A stretch of DNA of 64,000 bases from contig REDW01000090.1 in the NCBI GenBank assembly GCA_007693325.1, forward strand, positions 32,504 to 96,503, read 5' to 3'. Below the pieces are notes generated by a model. The model did not search any database, had not been told where the DNA came from, and was given only the letters and a program-made list of their open reading frames with translations. Shown here piece after piece: positions 28,107-37,926 of this stretch. Position 1 is the stretch's first letter. Every line of letters begins with the position of its first letter. Origin of the DNA: Spirochaetaceae bacterium. Lineage in GTDB: Bacteria; Spirochaetota; Spirochaetia; DSM-27196; PWMO01. A program made the translations under genes and the position numbers.

Positions 28107-29132
28107 ATGAAAGTGCTGGTGACCGGTGCCGACGGAATGCTCGGCAGTTACATCGTGCGCGAGCTGCTGCAACGGGACTTCGCCGTGCGTGCGCTGCTGC
28201 AGCCGGCACGCCACACCGGTACTCTGGACGGCCTTGCAATCGAAGCCTGCGAAGGCGATGTTCTGGTGCGCGCGGACGTGTTGCGCGCAATCGACGGTTG
28301 TGACGCGGTTATCCACACGGTGGCATCCACCGACATCTGGCCGGCGCGCTCGCGTGCTACGTGGCAGCTCAACTACGACGCGGTTGTGCAGCTCGGCGAA
28401 GCGCTGCTGGAACGCGGGCTGAGCAAGCTGGTGCACATCGGTAGCGCCAACTCATTTGGTCCTGGACCACGTCACGCTGCAGGTACCGAGGAGAGCCCCT
28501 ACACCGACGGACGCTTCGGCCTTGATTACCAGGACTCCAAGTACGCCGCACAGCAATGGCTGTTGCAGCAGCATCGTGAACGCGGCCTGCCGGTCAGCAT
28601 CATCAACCCCACGTTCATGTTTGGCGCCTACGATTCCAAGCCGGGGTCCGGTTCCATGATTATCGCTGTAGCGCAGCAAAAGACACCGGGTTACACGCGT
28701 GGCGGCAAGAGCTACGTCCACGCGCGCGACGTGGCGGTTACCGCAGTAAACGCTCTGACCGCCGGCCGCAACGGCCGCTGCTACCTGGCGGCGGGGGAGA
28801 ACTTGAGCTATCGCGAAGCGTTCCGCCTGATAGCAGAGATTGCGGATGTTGCCCCGCCGCGGCTCTATCTGCCGCCGCTGCTGACGCTGTGCGTTGGAGC
28901 TCTCGGCTCGCTGGCGGCGTCCGTAAGCGGCCGAAAGCCGCGCATTTCGCTGCCGATGGCGCGGCTTGCCAACACCGACTGCTATTACTCCAACCAGCGC
29001 GCGGTTGGAGAACTGGATATGCCGACTTCGTCGCTGCGCGACGCTGTTCTGGAGGCCTACAGCTGGTTGCGGGAGCACGGCTATCTGGAAGCCGAGGGCG
29101 CCCGGAGCGCCGCAACGCAGGGGCTGCGATGA
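28107..29132 (+). CDS. NAD-dependent epimerase/dehydratase family protein (dihydroflavonol-reductase/3-beta-HSD-like)
   Basis: MKVLVTGADGMLGSYIV Rossmann start and YxxxK (YQDSKYAAQ). Confidence 0.8.
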   Translation: MKVLVTGADGMLGSYIVRELLQRDFAVRALLQPARHTGTLDGLAIEACEGDVLVRADVLRAIDGCDAVIHTVASTDIWPARSRATWQLNYDAVVQLGEALLERGLSKLVHIGSANSFGPGPRHAAGTEESPYTDGRFGLDYQDSKYAAQQWLLQQHRERGLPVSIINPTFMFGAYDSKPGSGSMIIAVAQQKTPGYTRGGKSYVHARDVAVTAVNALTAGRNGRCYLAAGENLSYREAFRLIAEIADVAPPRLYLPPLLTLCVGALGSLAASVSGRKPRISLPMARLANTDCYYSNQRAVGELDMPTSSLRDAVLEAYSWLREHGYLEAEGARSAATQGLR

Positions 29133-29974
29133 GTACGATGCAGGAGTTCAACGGCAGACGCGTACTGGTAACCGGCGGTGCGAAGGGCATCGGACGCGAG
29201 ACGGTGCGGCTGTTTGCACAGCACGGCGCCCGGGTTGCGATGACCGGCCGGGACACCGGTGCGCTGCAGCGGCAGGCCGAGCAGTTTGCGCGCGAGGGAC
29301 TTGAAGTCCTCGCGCTGGCCGGCGATGTCACATCACTCGAGGATTGCCGGGCGGTCATCCGGTCTACAGTAGAGCAGTTTGGTGGGTTGGATGTGCTGGT
29401 GAACAACGCCGGTATGTCGATGCGCGGCATGTTTGAACAGACTTCGCTGGAACTGTTCCGCACCGTAGTGGACATCAACTTCACCGGTGCAGTCTCGATG
29501 ACGCGGCTGGCGCTGCCCGAGCTGCTGCAATCGCGAGGCAGCGTTGTTTTTGTGTCGAGCCTTTCAGGACTGCGCGGGTTGCCGGGGATCGCCCCGTACA
29601 GCGCCGCAAAGATGGCGTTGACCGGTTTCTCCCAGGCGCTGCGCTGCGAGCTGTCACCGCGTGGCGTGCACGTCGGCATTCTCTACGTCTCTTTTACCGA
29701 GAATGACAACGGCAAGACCATCTACGATGCCGAAGGAAACCGCATCCGGCTGCAACGTGCACGCAACAGCTCTACGCAATTCGATGTTGCGCGCGCTGTT
29801 GTGCACATGGTGCGCCGCCGCAGGCGTTCGGTCATCATGACTCCGTTGGGTAAGCTGGCCGCGCTGGCGTATACGTTGTTGCCCGGCCTGTCCGAGCGGC
29901 TGATAACACGCTTTGCTGCCCGCAGCGATCTGTATGGTACTGCCGCAAAGGCCGCAAATGGAGGTTCAACCTGA
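29129..29974 (+). CDS. SDR family oxidoreductase
   Basis: The ATG at 29129 overlaps the upstream stop (ATGA). Motifs TGGAKGIGRE, NNAG and YSAAK. Confidence 0.85.
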   Translation: MSTMQEFNGRRVLVTGGAKGIGRETVRLFAQHGARVAMTGRDTGALQRQAEQFAREGLEVLALAGDVTSLEDCRAVIRSTVEQFGGLDVLVNNAGMSMRGMFEQTSLELFRTVVDINFTGAVSMTRLALPELLQSRGSVVFVSSLSGLRGLPGIAPYSAAKMALTGFSQALRCELSPRGVHVGILYVSFTENDNGKTIYDAEGNRIRLQRARNSSTQFDVARAVVHMVRRRRRSVIMTPLGKLAALAYTLLPGLSERLITRFAARSDLYGTAAKAANGGST

Positions 29975-30012
29975 CCATCGCACTGATACTGACGCTCTTC
30001 ACTTTTGGATTC

Positions 30013-30669
30013 ATGGTTTACTATTTCAGCGGTAGCAGCGGTGTGCTTCAGTCGCTGGCCGCGCGCCTGGCTGCGGCCGGCAGCACGGGCGTGTCGCAAC
30101 AGGAAGCGCTGGTGTACGCACAGAAAGCAGTCGGCTTTGTTACCCTGGGTCTGATACCGGCGCTGGTGAGTCTCTTCCTGCCGGGGGGCCTGGGCGCGGC
30201 AGGCCTGATGCTACCTGCCGGCCCCAACGTTTTCTGGTGGTCATTGCTGCCGGTGGTGTTCTTTGCGCTGCTGGTGGGCGTGCGGCCGAGGCGGCGCGTC
30301 AATACCGCTTTCTATCCGCAGGTGCGTCAGAACCGCTGGGATCGCAGACGCGTGCTGCGCAACAGCTTCTTCTGGTGCCTCTACCTGGCAGGTTACGAGT
30401 TCAGTTTCCGAGGGTTTCTGTTCTTTCCACTACTGCAGTCGATGGGGCTCGAAGCGGCAATTGCGCTTAACTGTGCACTCTACGCGCTGGCTCATCTGTA
30501 CAAGGGCTCCGGTGAAGCCTTTGGCGCATTCTTCCTGGGGATCGTTCTATGCGTGATTGCCTGGGCCACCGGATCATTTGTTATCCCGCTGATTATCCAC
30601 ATCATCCTGGCGCTCAGCAACGACTACGCCGCGGTGGTGGCGCATCCCGAGATGTCGTTTGTCAGCTGA
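30013..30669 (+). CDS. CPBP (CAAX) family intramembrane metalloprotease
   Basis: Motifs GYEFSFRGFL (EExxxR-type) and ALAHLY plus a late HxxxN-like IIHIILALSND. See the finding on a possible CTG start at 29971. Confidence 0.7.
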   Translation: MVYYFSGSSGVLQSLAARLAAAGSTGVSQQEALVYAQKAVGFVTLGLIPALVSLFLPGGLGAAGLMLPAGPNVFWWSLLPVVFFALLVGVRPRRRVNTAFYPQVRQNRWDRRRVLRNSFFWCLYLAGYEFSFRGFLFFPLLQSMGLEAAIALNCALYALAHLYKGSGEAFGAFFLGIVLCVIAWATGSFVIPLIIHIILALSNDYAAVVAHPEMSFVS

Positions 30670-30755
30670 GGGTTAGCCTCGTCCCACAGGTTGAGGTTGA
30701 CCGAGCGGATACTGCGGCAAATGGTCAGCGGCTCGATCACAGAATCCTGATACGG

Positions 30756-31172
30756 CTATGCGCCGGGCTCGGGCGGCCTGCGGTATCGCTTGTGTCGCGC
30801 GCGATGCTTCTTGGCGGTTATCCGCCGCTCTACCGAGCTGCGCGTTGGCTGGGTAGCTGTGCGCCGCTTGCGGCGGGCCAGCGAGGCACACAGCAGCTCC
30901 AGCGCGCGTCGGCGAGCGTGGTCGCGATTAGCCCGCTGTCCGCGCGCCTCTGAGGCGTGTACTATCAGTTCGGCCTCACCGGTCAGGCGGTTGGCAAGCC
31001 GCTGCCGGGCGGTCTGAAGCTGCTGCGCCGACACGGGCAGGCGATTCAGTGGCAGGCGCAGCGTGGCGCGGGTATTGACCTTGTTGACATTCTGTCCGCC
31101 GGGCCCGCCCGAACGTGAGAACTCCCAGCGTCCCTCGCGTTCTATCCAGCGTTCGAGTTCATCGCGTTGCAT
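30756..31172 (-). CDS. arfB: alternative ribosome-rescue factor ArfB (peptidyl-tRNA hydrolase, GGQ domain)
   Basis: SGGPGGQNVNKVNT GGQ motif and a basic C-terminal tail, about 138 aa. Confidence 0.85.
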   Translation of the reverse strand: MQRDELERWIEREGRWEFSRSGGPGGQNVNKVNTRATLRLPLNRLPVSAQQLQTARQRLANRLTGEAELIVHASEARGQRANRDHARRRALELLCASLARRKRRTATQPTRSSVERRITAKKHRARHKRYRRPPEPGA

Positions 31173-31211
31173 GGCACCTTACAGCATAATACGCCGCCGG
31201 CCGATAGCGTG

Positions 31212-31874
31212 TCAGCGCTTACGGTAGCGCAGTTCGATTTCCCAGGGGTGCGTCAGACCGGTGTAGGTGGCTCCCTCGCGCTGGATACTCTGGTTGCGGT
31301 TATCGTACTCGATGGTCACGTTCTGATTGCGCACAACGCGGTGGTCGTACTCCAGCCGCAGGTCGGATTCTACCGCTACGGGCCGCTGGCGCTCAAATGC
31401 AATATCGGTGAAGAATGTGTGGTCGTACATGCGAACACGCAGCGTGCGCTCCCGGTTGTCCAGTGGATGGCGGAAGGGTACAAAGAAGCGGTAGACAATC
31501 CGGTGGTTGCGCATAAAGGCGCTGAACTGCTCGATGCTGTCGGTGGCGTGGGATTCCCCGTCGACAATCACGTAGGTGAAGTAGTCGTAGAATTGCAGAT
31601 TGGAAAACGCGCCGTCGTGGATCTCCTGAATCAGGCTATCGGAGAACGAACCCTGTCGCGGAGCGCCAAAGTCAAGCACAATCATCGACGTGAACAGCTC
31701 GTCAAAGGCCCACTCGGCCCAGAAGCCTTCCAGTGAGTTGCTGTTGAACTGAAATGTGACGCGTGCGTCGATGAAAACATGCGGGTGAGCGTTGGCTGCG
31801 CCCGGAGCACTCAGAAACAGGGCCAGTCCAAGAAGCGCGCCTGCAACGCCCCAGCGGCTTTTTGCTCGTGCCAT
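31212..31874 (-). CDS. DUF1007 family periplasmic protein
   Basis: Signal peptide followed by the AHPHVFID motif and the WxFDE pattern typical of DUF1007. Confidence 0.75.
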   Translation of the reverse strand: MARAKSRWGVAGALLGLALFLSAPGAANAHPHVFIDARVTFQFNSNSLEGFWAEWAFDELFTSMIVLDFGAPRQGSFSDSLIQEIHDGAFSNLQFYDYFTYVIVDGESHATDSIEQFSAFMRNHRIVYRFFVPFRHPLDNRERTLRVRMYDHTFFTDIAFERQRPVAVESDLRLEYDHRVVRNQNVTIEYDNRNQSIQREGATYTGLTHPWEIELRYRKR

Positions 31875-31952
31875 AGGTTCCTCTTAACAGCTATCGGCAC
31901 GATTGGCAACCGCTGGAACGGCGCCTGCTCAGGCTTGGCCGTGGCCCCATTA

Positions 31953-32591
31953 TCAAAGCCGGCAGGCCACGATCAGACCGTCACGGATTGGTACCAGAGT
32001 AACCGCCCACCGCTCGCTTTCGCTGATACGGCGCGTGAACTCGCGCACGCCGTGCGTATCGGCCGATTCATCCCCCCGGTCCCAGACGGCGCCGCCCCAG
32101 AGCATGTTGTCGATAATCAGCACACCGCCGGGCCGCAGTTGTGATTCTATCACCGCCAGCGATTCGGGATAGGCGTGCTTATCGATGTCGTTGAAGATGA
32201 GGTCGAAGGGGCCGCTGCTGTTGGCCAGGGCTTGTAGCGCTTCGCTGACCTGGTAGCGAACGATATCGGCGTAACCAAGCGTCTCGAGGTGGGCACGCGC
32301 CATCTGCGACAGGCCGTGATCCCATACAACGTGATGTACAACGCCGCCGCCGTTTTCCCGTACCGCGCGCGCAAACCACGCTGTGGAGTAGCCGTAGCCG
32401 GAGCCGAGCTCAAACACGCTGCGCGCGCCGATCATGCGCGCGACTACGTAGCACAGCTGGCCGGCAGCCGGTCCGATAATCGGGAAATCGTGTTCGCGCG
32501 CGTATTCTTCCATGCGCAGCATCTCGGCCGGCCGCTGCGGGACCACCGTTTCCAGATATTCGCTCAGTTCTCGTGGCAACAGTGCACTCAT
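31953..32591 (-). CDS. class I SAM-dependent O-methyltransferase (caffeoyl-CoA OMT-like, family 3)
   Basis: ELGSGYGYST motif I and the DIDK and IIDNMLW motifs. AGGAGG lies 9 nt upstream of the ATG at 32591, which I prefer to the track GTG at 32648. Confidence 0.8.
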   Translation of the reverse strand: MSALLPRELSEYLETVVPQRPAEMLRMEEYAREHDFPIIGPAAGQLCYVVARMIGARSVFELGSGYGYSTAWFARAVRENGGGVVHHVVWDHGLSQMARAHLETLGYADIVRYQVSEALQALANSSGPFDLIFNDIDKHAYPESLAVIESQLRPGGVLIIDNMLWGGAVWDRGDESADTHGVREFTRRISESERWAVTLVPIRDGLIVACRL

Positions 32592-32746
32592 GCCCGATAG
32601 CCTCCTGTGTCTGTGTTGTAGCGTCCAGCGCAGGCTGGCGTATACCACGCCGCTGTGTCAATAATGCAGCGGCACGGTTGGCAGCCAATCGGCGTCCGTG
32701 GTATGAAGAGCCAACGAATGAAACCATCACTTCACCCGGGCGTAAC

Positions 32747-34489
32747 ATGGTAATACTGCAAATTGCCGGCAGTCTCGGTCTCTTTCTTTTCGGCATGCGC
32801 ACCATGAGTAACGGGATGCAGCGTGCTGCCGGGGAGCGGCTGCAGGCCATTCTCAACTACATGACGGGCAATCGTTTCACCGCTGTGGCTACCGGGGCGC
32901 TGCTTACAATTCTGGTGCAGTCTTCGTCGGCCTCTACGGTGATGGTGGTCAGCTTTGTCAACGCTTCGCTGCTGAGTCTGACCCAGGCGGTTGGCGTAAT
33001 CATGGGCGCCAATATCGGTACAACGCTGACCGGTTGGATGGTTGCCGCAATCGGGCTGGATTTCAGCATATCGGCGCTGGCGCTGCCGGCAATCGGCGTT
33101 GGAGCGGTACTGGTATTCAGTCGAAAACTGCGCCGTACGCCGCACGGAGAGGCGCTGATCGGCTTCGGGATCATCTTCCTCGGCCTGTCTTTCCTGCGCC
33201 AATCTGTTCCCGACGTAGCCGAGTATCCGCGTCTACTCGAACAGCTGACACGGATTGGCGGCCACGGCGTGTTCTCGATTGTTGTCTTTGTGCTTATCGG
33301 CGGAGTGCTGACCGTGGCTGTGCAGTCTTCGTCGGCCGCAATCGCAATAACTTTGACCGCCGCGTTTGCCGGATGGATCGATTACCCCAGTGCCGCTGCG
33401 ATCATCCTTGGTGAGAACCTCGGTACTACCGTTACCGCCAACCTGGCGGCAATTGGCGGCACGCTCTCGGCGCGCCGCGCGGCGCGCGCGCACCTGATGT
33501 TCAACGTGATTGGCGTAGTCTGGATGCTGGCGCTCTTTCCGCTGGCGCTGCAGCTGGTAGATCTGATTCTGCCTGGATCACCCTATGTGATCGATGGGGC
33601 TCGCAGTGCGCTGCCGGCGCATCTGGCGATGTTCCACACGATGTTCAACGTTGTCAACACTGCCTTGTGCATCGGATTTGTGCCCCAACTCGTGCGCCTG
33701 GTGCACCGCGTGATTCCGGGGCGTCAGGATGAAGAGGAACTCGGTACGTATCGATTGCCGATTGTGGCAACACAGCTGTACCAGAGTCCGGAATTCTATC
33801 TGATTGAAGTCCGTAACGAGATCGCACGACTTGGCGCGCTGGCTGAGAAGATGTTTACACGTCTGAGCGATCTGTTGACCGCAGATGAAGCCGCTGTTGA
33901 TCGCACAGTGGTGCAGCTGGAGCGTGAGGAAGTCTATACCGACCAGATGCAGGACCAGTTGACCCGATTTCTGGCGTCCTTCTCGATGGAAAGCCTCACC
34001 AGGCGTGCGGCTGCTGACGTTGCCGCAATGCTGCGGGTTGTTGATGAGCTCGAGAGTATCGCCGACAGCTGTTATAACCTGGGGCTGCTTGCGCAGCGGC
34101 GCGTGCGCAAGCGTCTGGTCATCGATCCGCAGGCCCTGCCGGGTCTGATGGAGTATATGCAGTTAATCTCGCGCTTTCTCTTGTTCATCCGTGAGCACCT
34201 CGATCAGAACGTCAGCCGCGAGGAGTTCCTGGCGGCACAGGCGCTGGAAGAGCAGGTCAACAGCGGACGCAACAGTTTGAAGAAGGCGGCGCGCAAGCGA
34301 CTGCAGGGCGGTAGTGACGTCCGTACCGAACTGCTGTTGATCGATATGATTGCGCAGCTGGAGCACATTGGGGATTTTGCGCTCAACATAGCCCAGTCCC
34401 TGGCGCCGCCACCGACTGATGATCAATGGCAACAGATGCGGGGGCGCAAACGTGCACAGTTCAGCCGCAGTGGCTCACCGGAGCTGTAG
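32747..34489 (+). CDS. Na/Pi cotransporter family protein with C-terminal PhoU-like domain
   Basis: GSLGLFLFGMRTMSNGMQ and duplicated QSSSA motifs. I chose the start at MVILQ (32747) by family N-terminus. Confidence 0.85.
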   Translation: MVILQIAGSLGLFLFGMRTMSNGMQRAAGERLQAILNYMTGNRFTAVATGALLTILVQSSSASTVMVVSFVNASLLSLTQAVGVIMGANIGTTLTGWMVAAIGLDFSISALALPAIGVGAVLVFSRKLRRTPHGEALIGFGIIFLGLSFLRQSVPDVAEYPRLLEQLTRIGGHGVFSIVVFVLIGGVLTVAVQSSSAAIAITLTAAFAGWIDYPSAAAIILGENLGTTVTANLAAIGGTLSARRAARAHLMFNVIGVVWMLALFPLALQLVDLILPGSPYVIDGARSALPAHLAMFHTMFNVVNTALCIGFVPQLVRLVHRVIPGRQDEEELGTYRLPIVATQLYQSPEFYLIEVRNEIARLGALAEKMFTRLSDLLTADEAAVDRTVVQLEREEVYTDQMQDQLTRFLASFSMESLTRRAAADVAAMLRVVDELESIADSCYNLGLLAQRRVRKRLVIDPQALPGLMEYMQLISRFLLFIREHLDQNVSREEFLAAQALEEQVNSGRNSLKKAARKRLQGGSDVRTELLLIDMIAQLEHIGDFALNIAQSLAPPPTDDQWQQMRGRKRAQFSRSGSPEL

Positions 34490-35332
34490 CCGGGCGATGC
34501 TTTCGCGGAACGGGGCGGTACAGTCCAGAGTAAGCGGTGTAATCGAGACAACACGGTCAACCAGCAGTGCATAGATATCATCTCCAGGATCGAGGCTGGC
34601 TATATCATCGTTGATAGTGGTAGCCGCTTCGCGAATGGCACTTTCGGGGTGCGGGTTGCGGTAAAGCGGCAGGTAGTACGGCTGGCGCGATAGCACGGTA
34701 AAGCGCTCCTCGATTCCTGCGGGACACGGATCGGGGACGTCGATCTTCAGCACGTCAAACGGCAGAGGCTCATTCAGTCCTGCTGCTTGGAGCAGACGCG
34801 CGGTGTACTCCCTGGTTACCCGGATCGCGTCCTGCCAGTCCAGCTTGCCGTACTTGAAATGGTGCTTGATGGCGGTCTGGCGCGATGCGGCGATGCTCGG
34901 GATTCCGTGCGAGGCTGCCTGCAGTGCGGCGCCAACGGTGCCGGAAATAGTGATGTTGCTGCCGAGGTTTTCGCCGAAGTTGATACCCGACACCACAACA
35001 TCGGGCATGCCCTCGGCGTATAGAACCATCAGCGCGTGGCGCACTACCAGCGCCGGCGATGCGTCCAGGTGGTACGCCTTCACCGATGAGTCAACGCCGT
35101 CAAGCTGCACCGGGTGCAACGTATCCGAGCGGTTTCCCTGCAGACTGCGACCGCGTGCGGTCTGTTGGGTGGTGGGTGCGGCAACGGTCACCTGCCCCAG
35201 ACCGCTTACCGCTTTGACCGCGGCTATCAGGCCGGGTGAATCGATGCCGTCGTCATTTGTTACCATTATCTGCGGCCGCGCGCCGGCAGGCCGCTCACCA
35301 CTGTTGCTCGACATTCCCGGATCATAAGTCAT
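34475..35332 (-). CDS. surE: 5'/3'-nucleotidase SurE
   Basis: VTNDDGIDSPG and GINFGENLG motifs. An N-terminal extension of about 22 aa is possible if the ATG at 35332 is used. Confidence 0.85.
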   Translation of the reverse strand: MTYDPGMSSNSGERPAGARPQIMVTNDDGIDSPGLIAAVKAVSGLGQVTVAAPTTQQTARGRSLQGNRSDTLHPVQLDGVDSSVKAYHLDASPALVVRHALMVLYAEGMPDVVVSGINFGENLGSNITISGTVGAALQAASHGIPSIAASRQTAIKHHFKYGKLDWQDAIRVTREYTARLLQAAGLNEPLPFDVLKIDVPDPCPAGIEERFTVLSRQPYYLPLYRNPHPESAIREAATTINDDIASLDPGDDIYALLVDRVVSITPLTLDCTAPFRESIARLQLR

Positions 35333-35412
35333 GCTCGGCCTGGTTGCAACCGCTGCGCGGTGAGTGATCTGGCCGTCAGCGTGGCCCGCAGCCTATGAGA
35401 TTGGAAGCACGC

Positions 35413-35979
35413 TCAGCGCTGCGCCTGCAGCAGCTTGCTCAATGCCTCGAAATCCTGGCCCAGCTGACGCGAAGTGTCGAGCAGCGGATTGTACGGGCCG
35501 CCGGCTGCATAGGTGGCGATTGTACCGCTGCTGCTGCCGTCACCGCCCGAGCTTTCCGCGCCGGGGGAACCCGCTGTGCCGCGCGCCGACGGGCCGGAGC
35601 CGGGAACGCGGGTCTCCTCGCGGTTGAGGAATTGCTGATCGGTGTACATCAGTTGCTGCGGGTCCAGAATCTCGTCTTCGATGCGCAGCATCATCTGCTC
35701 GGCGCGGTCCGGTGTCAGACGCTCGCTGCGGCGGATCTCCTCGCTGAGCTGCCACAGGTTGCGCAGCTGATCGCCGCTCAATGCCAGCGAGTCCTGTTCG
35801 TTCTGCATGCGCAGGATAAACCCCAGCAGTCTGCCCAGCTCGCTGACCACTTCCAGTTCCGCGCGCAGCGCCTGCATGTGCGCTGATGCACTCTGTTCCT
35901 GGGCCGGTGCGGCCGCGGCGGCCGCAAGGAGCAGCAGGGCTGCTGTCAGCGTCCAAACCAGTTTTCGTTGTGTTCTCAT
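35413..35979 (-). CDS. secreted hypothetical protein (helical, LTxxQ-like repeats)
   Basis: GGGAGG RBS 4 nt upstream of the ATG at 35979 and a signal peptide (LLLLAAAAAAPAQE). It is the last gene of the efflux operon. Confidence 0.6.
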   Translation of the reverse strand: MRTQRKLVWTLTAALLLLAAAAAAPAQEQSASAHMQALRAELEVVSELGRLLGFILRMQNEQDSLALSGDQLRNLWQLSEEIRRSERLTPDRAEQMMLRIEDEILDPQQLMYTDQQFLNREETRVPGSGPSARGTAGSPGAESSGGDGSSSGTIATYAAGGPYNPLLDTSRQLGQDFEALSKLLQAQR

Positions 35980-36007
35980 TGTTCCTCCCTCGTTGGCGGG
36001 TCGGGTA

Positions 36008-37246
36008 TTATTCATAGCGCAGCGCCTCTATCGGGTCGAGTCTCGATGCGCGATAGGCCGGATAGCCGCCGAAGAACAGGCCAATCACCACGGCAAACGA
36101 GAACGCGATCAGCACAGAGTCCGGTGTCACCACCGACGCCAGCCCACCGAAGCGCTGTGCGCCCCATGAGAACAGGTAGCCCAGCAACACCCCTATGAGC
36201 CCACCGCCGGCGGATAGTATCACCGCTTCGGTAAGAAACTGCGTCATCACGTGGCGCCCCTTGGCGCCCAGCGCCATGCGCACACCGATCTCGCGTGTAC
36301 GCTCGGTGACCGATACCAGCATGATGTTCATGATCCCGATGCCGCCCACCAGCAGGCTGATGGCGGCGATGCCGGCAAGCAGCAGCGTGAAGGTGTCCGC
36401 CACTCCGGTAACGGTACCAATCAGGTCCATCTGGTTGGCGATGTAGAAGTTGGCCATCTCCATTGACGGTACGCGGCGCAGCCGCAGCATCTCATTCTCT
36501 ATCGTTGACTGCAGCTCGTACATCACGTCGGTGGAGGCGGCCTGGATGTTGATGATGGCGTAGTTGTCCGATCCCGAGAGCGAGCGGCGGTAGGTGGTGA
36601 AGGGTATCAGAACCGAGGCATCCTGCGTTGGCGAGCCTTTCTCCTCCATGATCGCGATCACGTGAAACGGAAGTCCGTTGATGCGAATGGTCGCTCCAAG
36701 CGGATCCCGGCCGTCGGGGAATAACTCACGGTAGGTCTGCACACCGATTGCTACCACGTTGCGCCGGCTCTCCATGTCCAGTTCGCTGAAGAATGATCCG
36801 TACATCGGATGGAAGTTACGGATGTCGGGGTAGTTCGGGTCAGTGCCGATTACGGTGGCCACGGTGTTACGGTTCTCGAACTTGAGCTGACCATTCTGCG
36901 AGGATTCACGCGCCGTCTTGACCACCAGGTCGGACGGCAGTGAATCGATGAACTCCAGGTCATCGGCGGTCAGCATCGGCGCTATGTTGGTGGTGCGCTG
37001 GCGCACCAGCGATGTTCCACGCGGCTCACCCGAATAGACAATCAGCAGGTTGGCACCAAGGTTGCTCAGCCGGCTCTCAACCGCGATGCCGGCACCGTGG
37101 CCCAGCGCGGTCAGTCCGATGACCGATGCCACGCCGATTACCACCCCCAGCGCGGTCAGAAAGGCGCGCACCTTGTTCGACAGGATGCTGCGAAACGACA
37201 TCGCACTGTTTTCCCACAGCATTACTAACCGGGCTCTGCCTGTCAT
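36008..37246 (-). CDS. ABC transporter permease (MacB/FtsX family)
   Basis: MacB_PCD-type large periplasmic loop between TM1 and TM2 and an FtsX C-terminal domain. The start overlaps the ATPase stop. Confidence 0.9.
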   Translation of the reverse strand: MTGRARLVMLWENSAMSFRSILSNKVRAFLTALGVVIGVASVIGLTALGHGAGIAVESRLSNLGANLLIVYSGEPRGTSLVRQRTTNIAPMLTADDLEFIDSLPSDLVVKTARESSQNGQLKFENRNTVATVIGTDPNYPDIRNFHPMYGSFFSELDMESRRNVVAIGVQTYRELFPDGRDPLGATIRINGLPFHVIAIMEEKGSPTQDASVLIPFTTYRRSLSGSDNYAIINIQAASTDVMYELQSTIENEMLRLRRVPSMEMANFYIANQMDLIGTVTGVADTFTLLLAGIAAISLLVGGIGIMNIMLVSVTERTREIGVRMALGAKGRHVMTQFLTEAVILSAGGGLIGVLLGYLFSWGAQRFGGLASVVTPDSVLIAFSFAVVIGLFFGGYPAYRASRLDPIEALRYE

Positions 37247-37926
37247 ACGATTACTCCCGCCCGATTGTCGACAATCAAGCCGTCCAGCAGCCGCACCAGC
37301 CGGTCGGCGTGCGCAGCCAGCGCGTTATCGTGGGTCACCAGGATCAGCGTTACCCCGTCGTGGTTGAGTTCCTCGAACAGCGCCATGATTTCCTCACCGG
37401 TGCGGGTATCCAGCGCTCCGGTCGGCTCATCGGCTAGGATCAGCGCAGGCCCCCCTACCAGCGCGCGCGCTATCGCTACGCGCTGACTCTGGCCGCCGGA
37501 GAGCTCGGTTGGCAGGTGCGTCATGCGGTCGTCCAGTCCGACGCGTTCGAGCATGGCTTGCGCGGTAGCGCGCCGTCTGCGTGCCCCAATCCCACGGTAG
37601 ATCAATGGCAGTTCGACGTTCTCCAGCGCAGTGGCGCGCGGCAGCAGGTTGAAGGTCTGGAATACAAATCCGACACGCAGATTGCGAATTTCGGCAAGAT
37701 CGTCGGGGGCCAGCTCAGCTACTTCCTCTCCGGCCAGCAGGTAGCTGCCGCTGTCGGGGCTATCCAGGCAGCCGATGATATTCATCAGGGTTGACTTGCC
37801 CGATCCGCTTGGCCCGGTAATGGCTACAAACTCGCCGGCTTCGATCTGCAACGATACACCGCCCAGCGCGTTCACCATCGTTGGGCCCATCTGATACCGT
37901 TTATGGATATCGCTGATGTGGATCAT
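37243..37926 (-). CDS. ABC transporter ATP-binding protein (MacB/LolD-type)
   Basis: Walker [10 protein letters not shown], signature LSGGQSQRV, Walker [13 protein letters not shown]. Confidence 0.9.
   Translation of the reverse strand: MIHISDIHKRYQMGPTMVNALGGVSLQIEAGEFVAITGPSGSGKSTLMNIIGCLDSPDSGSYLLAGEEVAELAPDDLAEIRNLRVGFVFQTFNLLPRATALENVELPLIYRGIGARRRRATAQAMLERVGLDDRMTHLPTELSGGQSQRVAIARALVGGPALILADEPTGALDTRTGEEIMALFEELNHDGVTLILVTHDNALAAHADRLVRLLDGLIVDNRAGVIV

Noticed and set aside
34475-34489. 15-nt convergent overlap of the Na/Pi transporter and surE 3' ends. Related cases are the 14-nt glgP/GGDEF gap and the 27-nt CA/feoB gap.
   Set aside because: These are real features but common in compact genomes. 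No hairpin or additional signal was visible that would make them more than tight packing.
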